A DNA stretch of 64,000 nt from Mytilus edulis (taxonomy: Eukaryota), in contig NC_092346.1 in the NCBI RefSeq assembly GCF_963676685.1, positions 25,668,001-25,732,000 of the forward strand. The letters are read 5' to 3'. The translations under genes were made by a program, and so were the position numbers. Positions 1 to 10,685 of the stretch are shown here, in pieces. Within the stretch, counting starts at the first letter, position 1, and the number at the start of each line of letters is the position of its first letter. The notes beneath the pieces were generated by a model. It was not told where the DNA came from and did no database searches. It saw only the letters and a program-made list of their open reading frames with translations.

Positions 1-642
1 AACTGCTCAGAGTCTGAAAAGACCATATGTTGTGCTCGAGAGAGGTCAAGACTATGCCAAGACTGAGCCGAGACTTGTCCAGACTGATCCAGACCATAAT
101 CAGACTATAACAAAATTATGAAGTACTTTATCAGACCAGAAAAGTTCAATTGTTGATACTACACCCCATTGGTGGACACCGATTTTATGAGTTTGTATCC
201 GTCAACAGGACAAACTAGACACAGCTCCGAAGCTTTCCTCGTGCTTGAAGACATAAGATTATATTAGAAAAATGATTTTATTAAATTTCCATGTACTTCT
301 ATGAATATTTCAAGGGGAGAAGGAGATACCAAAGGGACCATGCAAATTATAAATCGAAGAAAAAAAACATTTTTTTTGCCAAAAAAAAAAAGAAAAAGCA
401 AAGACAAAAGTTCACAAATTAATACACAAAAACAATTTTGACCGAGCACCACAAGATTCATTTCAACTGATCTCAGGTGTCTTTCTTGGAATAGTAGGCT
501 AATTCGGCTACATAAGCCTGTTTTTTGAAGGACACTAAGGACATAGTAAAGAGCTGTAAAGATTTTAGCTGTCATGTTTATGCCATTGTTGGTATTAGGT
601 TTATAGTTAAGATATATTGACATTTTGTCAAAAATATTTCAG

Positions 643-938
643 GAGTTCCACATGTGATGTGTGAAATTACAAGTGAAGACCTTTCGGAGATTTTCTACAG
701 CACAGTTATACAGGAAACGGTTGACAGGGTATCACAGATAATCGGACTTCCAAGTTCACACATTCTTCCATTCAAGAATTATGAGGCAGAAATGGAACTA
801 AGTAATAACATAAACATTCTAACGTTGCTAACTTTACACAAGATGTTACGATTTTGTGATGACTGCTAGGACAACTACCTTGACCAAATTGAAGAGGGCA
901 AATTGCAAAAGCTCAGTTTTAGGGAGTTAAGCAATTAA
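643..938 (+). pseudogene. Decayed terminal exon of an IFI44-like paralogue
   Basis: Acceptor tttcag at 641-642, then GVPHV-MCEITSEDLSEIFYSTVIQETVDRVSQIIGLPSSHILPFKNYEAEMEL, which aligns with the last exon of the intact gene (GIPQVVLLTKIDKICERTEEDLSNVFYS...). Eight codons including TKID are missing, and there is an in-frame TAG at 867-869 with homology continuing to TAA at 936-938. Confidence 0.8.
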
Positions 939-1827
939 TTTAAGCTAGTATACATTTTAAATGGATATTTATTTTATAACTACATTGTGTATATGCTTTA
1001 GATGTAAAAAAAAAATGTTAAAAATATTCATTTTACTAAAATTTGATATAACATGGCTAAAAGTATTTTTTGAATCATTTACACGGACATTTAGGTGACA
1101 CAATGAAACATTTTAATTAGATAATAAATTTATTTAACACAATTAAAGATATGTCAACATACAGTCGATATGCTTAGGGGTAATTATTATGCATTCTAAT
1201 ATGACGTGCTTCTTTTGCTTAGTAAATAAACCCATGCTCGAAATCCAATAAAATTTGTTTGCACATGCGTATATTGAGTTGTGTTAAAAGTGAATGATAA
1301 GATGTTCAACATGTTAAAATCAGCGTTAATGTAATTTATCAACTTGCCAACGATAGAGCAGAAAGCCAAAATAGATTATGCAAATTATTACATTAAGACA
1401 GAAACAGTTACGAAAAAGCACGAATTCAACGTTCGCAAATTAACATAAGATGGAATAAAGTCGAAAGAAATATCTCATTTAATAAAATAATACTATGAGG
1501 TATACCAAAGGGACATTAAAATTCATACGTCCAAAATACCATGCAAAAAAAGGAAAAAGGAGAACACTATACATAACACAACATGGAAAACTAATGACTT
1601 AGACGGGGGTGTTATCAGATGCTCAGAAAACATGAGGTCCTCACCGGTAGGTCGTTAAATTTGTTATAACAAGTGATCGTCTCGTTTTTTAAGCCTTGCA
1701 TACTTGTTGAGTTTTTTTTATTTGTTGATATCACTTTGTTTTACCAAATCTACACCAGGAACGCTTAAACAAAATTGACAAAAGCTGGAGTGTTTCAATC
1801 CGTAATCAAGCAAAGCAGCATGAAAAC

Positions 1828-2283
1828 TTGTAGATAAACTCATCATAGATACCAGGACTAAATTTTGTATATACGCCAGACGCGCGTTTCGTCTACAAAA
1901 GACTGATCAGTGACGCTCGAATCCAAAAAAGTTAGAAAGTCCTAAAAGTTTTGCCAAATCCAGTTGAGGTACTCTATGACTGAGGTAGAAAAGTCTTAGT
2001 ATTTCAAAAATTCGAAATTTTGTAAACAGTTAATTTATAAATATAACCATATCAATGATAATTCACGTCAGCGCAAAAAGTGCTGACTACTGGGCTGGTG
2101 ATACCCTCGGGGAAATAAAATCTCCACCAGTAGTGGCATCGACCCAGTGGTTGTAAATAAACTCATCATAGATACCAGGACTAAATTTTGTATATACGCC
2201 AGACGCGCGTTTCGTCTACAAAAGACTCATCAGTTACGCTCGAATCCAAAAAAGTTAAAAAGGCCAAATAAAGTACGAAGATT
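1828..2283 (-). mobile_element. Hammerhead-ribozyme retrozyme, partial head-to-tail dimer (period 323 nt)
   Basis: Direct repeat with two type-I hammerhead motifs at 1874-1915 and 2197-2238 (minus strand: CGTCA/CGTAA-CTGAT(C/G)A-GTC-TTTTGTA-GAC-GAAAC-GCGC-GTC-TGGCG). About 43 nt are deleted relative to the 3917-4160 copy. Confidence 0.85.
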
Positions 2284-3916
2284 GAACAGCGGTATACTAC
2301 TGCTGGCTTTATTTACCTTTAAATCTAATAAAGACAAAAACAGAAAAGCCAAAACAAAATGAAATAAACAGTTCTTCGTACGTCAAAGTTCACATGTGAA
2401 GTTAAATAAATTGTTTTGATTTTTATATGAATTGGCTGCTAAGATGATGCTTTTTTTCAGTAATGACAAGACGAATGTTATATAAAAAGATTATTTTAGA
2501 CCTTCAAATGCTTAAATATTAGTTTTATAGTAAATATGTTAACAATGCAAAAACCATGAATCCCGCTTGAGAAGTTGTTTTTACGTTCTCAATGCTGATA
2601 GTGAATGAAAAGAAAATAATATAGATGTTAATACATTTAAGACTTTACAGTTTAAAAAACAAATAAAAATTGTGTTCAACAGTAAACTTTTTTTAAAGAA
2701 ATTTATTTAGCTAAAATAGGGTAAACATTGCAATAATAAGAGGGGTTTTGTAGCCTATTTTGATCAGGTGAAGTAAACAAATGCAGTCATTTCTTATATT
2801 GTTGATTATATGAATAGAAAGGATTATGGTTATACAAGAAAAAAAGAGTTCTCTTGAATGGAAACAAGTTAAAAACAGGATGGAAAATGTAAACAAATGC
2901 AGACAATAATGTTATTATGCGGTTTTACAAAAATCAGCTAAACAATTACGAGAAAAAACCCGAATTCAACGTTCGCAAATTAACATCAGATGGAATAAAT
3001 CGAAAGAAATGCCACGATGATAAATTTCGATAACAAAATAGTGTAATTAGTATATACTTTTAATCTCTCTTATTTTAGATACAGAAAATAGGGTGCAGAT
3101 TTACCTACCTTTGTAACGATACAGAAAATTATTATACAACTTTCGGACAATATGTTGGTAAAAAACGTTTGATTTTCGCTTAAGTGAGATTGGCGAGTTG
3201 TGTTTATTTCCAAGATACTGGTGACCTATAGTTGTTAATATCTGTGTCATTTTGGTCTCTTGTGGACAGTTGTCTCATTGGCAATCATACCACATCTTCT
3301 GTTTTATATTGTTTGTGTTTATCATATAATAATGTTTATGAAATATGTTATACAATGCTTTTAAATAGGGATAGGGATTATGCTTTTGGCAAATTATGCT
3401 ATTTCCGTAGTTGTTAAATCAACTGCCAAACGTCAAAATTTGTACGCATCAAAATACAGCAGAACACCAAAATCTAATTCAATTTTTCAATTAGGAAATC
3501 GTATCATTTACTTTATTTGTAAAACGTTTCAAGCACGGGGACTACAATTATTGTCTGTACATGGTTTGTGTGAAATCTAACCTTTCATATAACTGATTTA
3601 AATATTAACTGTAGATTAACACAGATGTTGCAATAGTTCATTTATTTTATAATTATTTATCGATCTTAAATACTAGAATTAGATATAAAATCTGTTGAAA
3701 ATATTGATTGCAAGCTAGTGATTGTGTAATGCAATACACATTTAAGGTTTATTTGCTAGATTGGAAGGAAGTTTATACGGTTAAAAATTATGACGGTCAA
3801 TGTTATTGTTTTCCCTAAATTACTACCTAAATAACAAACATACCACAACTTTTTCGGTGCCTATTTCCGATGCATATAATAATCGTAAATCAACATTTTG
3901 CGTTGACATACACTCT

Positions 3917-4160
3917 TTGCAAAACTGTTTACAAAATATTGACTTTTTGAAATACTAAGGCTTTTCTACCTCAGACATAGATTACCTTAGCTGAATTTGG
4001 CAAAACTTTTAGGAATTTTGGTCCTCAATGCTCTTCAACTTCGTATTTTATTTGGCCTTTTTAACTTTTTTGGATTCGAGCGTCACTGATGAGTCTTTTG
4101 TAGACGAAACGCGCGTCTGGCGTATATACAAAATTTAGTCCTGGTATCTATGATGAGTTA
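3917..4160 (+). mobile_element. Retrozyme copy (partial monomer)
   Basis: Reverse-complement match to the 1828-2283 repeat; contains the intact hammerhead at 4081-4122. Confidence 0.85.
4081..4122 (+). ncRNA. Type-I hammerhead ribozyme, intact core
   Basis: Stem I CGUCA/UGGCG; CUGAUGA; stem II GUC-UUUUGUA-GAC; GAAA; minimal stem III C-GCGC-G; GUC triplet with predicted cleavage after C4117. Confidence 0.9.
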
Positions 4161-4309
4161 ATATGCAAAATTTGTTTTTTCTTTCGATTAAAAATTGTTC
4201 TCATTTGTTTAAAATTAAATATTTCTTCATCTGATACAAGAAATAGGAGAAAGCCTTTCTACGAAATAACAGTACACTAGAGGTATCAAATCAGTAATAC
4301 GTTATCATA

Positions 4310-4375
4310 GACGACGTAAGTCACGGATGACGGAAGATAATTCGTATAACCTTGGTATAAATGAACAGGAAGTAA
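4310..4375 (+). promoter_or_regulatory. Putative core promoter of the IFI44L-like gene
   Basis: TATAAA at 4356-4361, ETS-like ACAGGAAGT at 4365-4373 and CRE-like GACGT/TGACG half-sites, 115-180 nt upstream of the ATG. Motif matching only. Confidence 0.3.
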
Positions 4376-4488
4376 TTTGTCGTTGGATAATGTTTTGACT
4401 TAATCAAAGGATATTAAGGTAGGGAGTTGTGAAATCATAAGACAATATATTTATCGAAACAGTTCAATCACAGTTGCAGGTTATCAAA

Positions 4489-7400
4489 ATGATTGTCGAA
4501 TTTAAAAAGGAAGATCGAAGCCAAATGACAAAGTGGATTGGTGGTATGAAAAAGTACACACTTTTGTATAAGGCTTCTGGAGACGGGTGTACCTCAACAG
4601 CTTTTCATAATGCTTGTAACAATAAAGGTCCAACTGTTACGATCCTTTATAATCATGACAATTTCATATATGGTGGATACACTTCAGTCAGTTGGAGAAG
4701 TATTGGAAACTTTCAAACGGACACAAAATCTTTCCTCTTCAAACTTTATCAAAATGACACATGGTCACCGGTAAAAATGCCAATAGCTAATTATCGAAAT
4801 AGCATATATGACCATGCCGACTTCGGACCAACATTCGGTGACCGAGATTTGCAAACCTTTTCTGGCAAAGTTAACTTTGATGGTACAATTTTCAACTTGA
4901 ATGGAAAAACAAATTTTGGATCATCATACACAATGAATGACGAAAATTATAAGTCTATTGCTAATGGCAACCTGAGAGTAAAAGATATTGAAGTATATTT
5001 AGTTGAGGGTGAGTGACATTTATATGTGATAATTATTAAGGTTTTAAGATTAGCATCTATCATGACCTGAATCAATATAAAAGGTAAACAAACCAACAAA
5101 CAAACAAATTCATGAGTGATTTAGGAAATTTACGTTTAAACAATGAGTATCTATTCCTCAAAATAACTGGAAAAGAAATGCAACTTCTACCTTGACAAAG
5201 AGAGGCGAAAGATACCGAAGGTACATTCAAAATGGTAAGTCGAAAATAACTGACAACGCCTTGGCAAAAAAGAAAGAAAAGGACAAACAGACCAACAATA
5301 ATATGCATAACACAACATAGAAAACTACGGACTGATCACAGCGCACACCTCTAAAACATTGGGTGATCTCAAATGTTCCGGAATGGTAGGCATGAGGTCT
5401 CACTCCGTATGTCGTCAAATTTGCTTTTTACAAGTAAACGTCTAGCTTTTTAAGCCTGTATATAGTATTATCTTCAACATTAATGCTAAAAATGCAAAAC
5501 AGATTTTTTTTTCAATACTAAATTAGTGATAAAGCCAATGAAACTATAAACAGAATAGCAGACACAAAATAAAGTCAACTTCTGATGGATTTAAATTTAA
5601 TATCATTATTTTCCAATGATATTTGGAAATTCATTTACATACATACATCCTTGTTTTCATTTGAATCGTCGTTATCAGAATTTCTTTATTTGTTTTGATG
5701 ATATTCATGGATGGCCTTAAAAGTATATTTTATTCAAAATATTTAAAATATGTTTAGAATGCGCTTAAAAAAACCAGATGTATGCTTATAATGCAAATAA
5801 AATCGTTAATGTATCAAAAGGGGTGATAATGAAAATTGAACATTTAATAAATGGGTATAGCTGTCATTGTACTTTTAGAGGAGCCATGGAGAAAGACACC
5901 TAAATGGAACACAAAGGTAAGAACATACCGTACATTATGTAAGTTTGTCAACAACTCCATAAAAATATAAAGATCTTTAACACCAAAGAAGTGAAGATTT
6001 CGTGTATACCAGCATCCAATAGCACTACGCTATCAAATATGTTTTAATTGATGTAATAACATTTACCTCGTCTGGAATAAGTTGGTAGTTACATTCAGTG
6101 TAAATGAAGTAATTAGAATTTAAGTTTGTTTCGATGTTATGAAGTATTAGTTGAAACCTCTTTCATGATGTCAAAAGATAACCACATAGAGAACCAACTT
6201 ATTGATCTATGTTTCAACACAATTGATGGAATACCATATAATAATACTGGTATCTTCTATCATTTTTTTTTAACAGAACTGAAAACACATTATACTTCAT
6301 TATGTTAAATTGCAAAATTTGAAATTATAATCCTGGTACCTATGGTAACTATTTATTCAATATTTACCAAATATATGACTAGTGTAAACTCTACCGTTTA
6401 AGATAGTATGAACAACTGCACTCATTCGGCCAAACAGAAATACCTGTGTGCTGACGATAACTGAAAAAACACTTTTGTTTTACCTTGTCTTTTCATGTTT
6501 GCATAAGATCAGTTCCTTGAGATAAAATAGATATTTCTTTAATTTGTTTTTGTCATTGCAGCTGATGGCTGAGCTAAAGGAAAAAATAGAAAAATATAGA
6601 CCTTTGCATGGTTTAAAAATTCCTCAAGCACGGATTTTATTGGTGGGACAGGTAGGCTCAGGAAAGTCAAGTTTCTACAACACTATAAACTCAATATTCA
6701 GAGGATATATAACAAGTCAGGCTTGTAGTGGTAATGCAGAGCATAGCCTTACAACTGTGGTAAGTTTAAATGTTTAATTACTGAAGTACATGTTTTATTG
6801 TCGACTGTAATTAACGACTGCATATGTATAAAAGTGACCATGAGTATAATACGTTTTATGTGTACGATCTTACGAGGTGTAAGGGTTTTAAACAGATGGT
6901 GTTTTGTATGCTATAAAGAAACCATATCAGTTTCCTCTCCTTTATATTTGTATCGACGGTTTTGTATATTTTTAAATGAATTGATATCGCCTTATGAATA
7001 AGATTCAAGTGGTTTCACCTGCTCGGACCATACCACAGTATATTCGAGCGACAAAGCAAAAGATACCTGCTTTTGGTTACCAAAAGACATTTATTTCGTA
7101 CTAATTTTTGCCATATGTATATTGATGCACAATATAATTCAGCCTTTAAAAACTCAGCTGAACGCGGAAATATATCAGCAATGTATGGGAAACAATGTAC
7201 CTAGAAATTCTTAAAGAATAAATTCGAACTTTTATCGTAAAATGATTTACCATACTATTGGTTTTTTCTTTACTATTAAAGATTAGGTCTTTTTATCTTT
7301 TATCGCACTTTTTTGTAGAGTAGTACGACAAACGCGCGTTAATCTATATATTTCCAGTCGGCATTTAAATATATCCCTTTATCGAGTCCATTGTTTTCCC

Positions 7401-9623
7401 TTATAGTATAGAATGTATCAAATAAGAAAAGGAATAAGAGGGAAGCCAATGAATTTCCGACTTCATGACACGAGAGGAATTGAAGCTGACCAAGGAGTAG
7501 ATGCGAATGAAATTTGTTATTTGCTTGATGGAAACATACAAGATGGATACCAGGTAACAAAAATCTAATCAACTGAAACCTTATTTTTTTCACGCTGGTT
7601 CTGTGAATTGTTTTATTTTCTTTCTATTTGTTTCCTAACATGATATTGGTTATAAAAAAAAACTATATATTATAAATGATTTTCAGAATAATTGTTTGAG
7701 AAGTTTAAAAGTATAATGGAAAACGTAATACTAACTGCAGAATCTTGTGAAAATATATCTATGGGTATTTTTTAAAATTCAGTAAACGGAAAAAGAAAAA
7801 ATACCGAATTCATTGGAAAATGCAAAAATGAAAACTCTCTTATCAAATGGCAAAAATTGAAAGCTCAAACACATCTAACGAATGGATAACAACTGTCATA
7901 TTCCTGACTTGGTACAGACATTTGAGATTGCTTCTAGTATTTGCATTAAAAAATGTCACTTATATGAACCTCTCAATAGTTATTTCCAAACACAAGCTTA
8001 AGAGACAAAAAGCCAACAAAATCTTTAATTTTTGGATACCCGTTCTATATTTTAATTGCTACATTTTTAATGATTAAAAGATGCAATCAGATTAACAGCA
8101 TCAATTCTAACAGATGCGAATTCTCTACAATACGACGCTCGGCGCCAAATATATGAAATCCTAAAGCGATGAATAAGAACCGATAATATTAAAAAGGCCA
8201 TAAGTGTGGGCAAATATATGATAACGATTTGGATTTTTTATATTTCAAAACTTCAAACTACATTGTACAGCCTTTCCTTCCTAATTTGATGTCTATATTT
8301 CTATTTTCCTTGAAATTGAACTTTTTTAATTGGTCATTTCATTTTCATTAGAATAAAACTTTGAACAATAAGTGATAACCTTATTCAGAAAAGCAATGCC
8401 TAATGATAGAAAAAATATAATATTGGACGGGAAATTGAACATTATTTTTTGGGCCTAAAATTCCTTCGCCACATTCCAAATGGAAAGATATAACTGAATA
8501 TTTTAAAATTTGTCGTATCTTTAGCTGATATTAGTTCGACTCTATTTTGAAAGAAACCTAGAAACAAATCCAGTGAATTCAATCTCATATTATGATTATT
8601 TACATTCTGTTTTGTAGTTCAATCCATCGGTCCCAGTTTCAACGGACACGCTAGGATTTGTAGATAGCGCACACGTCAGTGAAACAATTCATTGTGTGGT
8701 GCTTGTTTTAGATGGCACCACCGTTGACGTTATGGCAGAAAAGGTCGCCGAAAGGTTAAAAAAGTTACAGATGCGCATGAACCAACGAGGTATGACAGTA
8801 AAGAACTTTAATTGCTTTTATTATTTTATAAAATATTTCAACATTCATAAAAAAGATCACATTTGAATTATCATATATGAAAAACAACTTAAATTTATCG
8901 TTGAGTGGTTTGTTGTTTCGGTTTAATAACACCACGCCAATGCATTCTACTAAATTTTTCTGAAAACGACAAAGTATGAAATGAATTTAGAAAAACTAAA
9001 ATAATGATAATGGCCTTCTTTTTTTTTTTTTTTTTTAGATTTTATAAACATAAAACTAGGCAGCATCTCAGACAATATCATTGTCATATTTTTTTTCGGA
9101 AACTCGATAGAAAATTTCCATACATAATAAAATTAACTTTGAAAAATACTTATATGACTTTTGCATCGGAAACACAAACATATGAAAGCATGTGCAATCA
9201 ATCATTCTGATTCAACGATTTCAGCAACTCTTTCTGATATACATTGTAGGTATTCCGCAAGTAGTTTTGCTAACAAAGATAGACAAGATTTGTGAGAGAA
9301 CAGAGGAAGATTTATCAAATGTGTTTTACAGTCCTTTGGTCAAGGAAACAGTCGAAAGAGTTTCACAGATAATGGGATTGCCCAGGTCACATATCTTACC
9401 AGTAAAAAATTATGAATCAGAAATGGATCTTAATGATAATGTGAACATCCTGGCTTTAATGTCCCTGCAGCAAATATTACACTTTGCAGATGACTACATG
9501 TATAACCATCTTGATAAACATAAAGAGGGCATTAGTTTCAGCTTTCATGGGATGTTTCGCAACATCATAATTATTATCATGTCAGCTGTTGTTTGTTTGT
9601 TGGCATTTTGGTTTTATAAGTGA
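4489..9623 (+). CDS. IFI44L: Interferon-induced protein 44-like (N-terminal TLDc domain + P-loop NTPase domain), 6 coding exons, ~482 aa
   Basis: Exons 4489-5008, 5879-5916, 6562-6759, 7407-7553, 8618-8789 and 9250-9623, all GT-AG and in frame (1449 nt). TLDc motifs LLYKASGDG, FHNACNNKGPT, YGGYTSVSW, FGPTFG, DIEVY; Walker A GQVGSGKSS; DTRG; IHCVVLVLDG; LLTKID; ILPVKNYE. Confidence 0.9.
5196..5420 (-). repeat. Short copy of the 3' end of the Naiad-like Penelope element (other copies at ~318-492, ~1497-1660, ~29690-29850)
   Basis: gaggcgaaagataccgaaggtaca...actgacaacgcc...ggacaaacagac...acacaacatagaaaacta matches 49773-49960. Confidence 0.65.
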
Positions 9624-10439
9624 AGATTTTAGCTGCATTTTTTTGTAATAAATTGTTTATTTCTTTTACAACTTCAGTTGGTTTTCAGCTTTCTTTCTTA
9701 TTAATATAAGACGAGTGCAACGTACATGACTATCAAAATAGATGTATGCATTTAGTGAAATCTTTGAAATTCGTGATGATCGGGGAAACCTTATATATAC
9801 AACCTTAGAATGTGTTATTCAATCAATGGTGAAATATATGTGTAAAGTTACAAGTTATATTTAGACAAAGAACAATTAAAATGTTATTTTTGAACATATT
9901 TTTCGAAATATATGCGAGATCACTGGTTGTCTACATTATATGACAATGGAGGTTGCCACTCATTCTGTGGTTGAAATACAAGAAATATGCAAAATTGACA
10001 TCAAAATGTTAAAAAGAAACTTTTTGAACATTTCTTAATATTCTAGATGCGCTTTCATCTACACAAGACTCATCAATAGTGTCGAAATCATAACATTTGG
10101 CAGGCAAATTAAAAAAAAAACTAAACATATCAAAGTTGTCTTTTTACAAATCTTGGTAACATCTGCCATAACAACCATCGTTTTTTCGAATTATTCAAAG
10201 TAATGAAAATTTACAGAAAATTAACGAACCAATTTACTCCATGTCAGCACAGGAGTGTGACTCCCTGGAATTGGTAATGTCCTCGGTGATAATATATACA
10301 ACCTTGAACTAAAAGTTGTGTTTGATCCGTGAATTGGTTATAACACATGAATGTGCTTATTTTTTCAGGTGCAAGTATATAATTGTTCGGAATAGCATAC
10401 TTATTTACCTCATAATGGTAAATTTTGTTCACGCATCGT

Positions 10440-10685
10440 TGTATAATATATTATTGAATTTGATGCGACTGTCATACAAGTGAGAGGTTTTGCGCTATAA
10501 AATCAGGTTCAATCCACCAATTTCTACATTTGACAATGCCTGTACCAAGTCAGGAATATGACAGTTGTTGTCCATTCGTTCGATGTCTTTTATCATTTGA
10601 TTTTGCCATTTGATTAGGGATTTTCCGTTTTGAATTTTCCTCGGAGTTCAGTATCATCCATGATTTTTGTGATTTTACTTTTTAC
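10440..10685 (+). repeat. Interspersed repeat family (other copies at ~7790-7925 minus and ~60760-61050 plus)
   Basis: Shared gactgtcatacaagtgagagg...ctataaaa.cagg...tccacca.tttctacat...aatgcc...ccaagtca.gaa...gacagttg blocks. Confidence 0.65.

Noticed and set aside
1-135. Recurrent AGAC(T/C) motifs at the window start
   Set aside because: Probably the edge of a repeat element, but truncated by the window and not classifiable.
2147-2362. 71-aa ORF (also 55011-55223 and 31863-32132)
   Set aside because: Chance frames within non-coding repeats.
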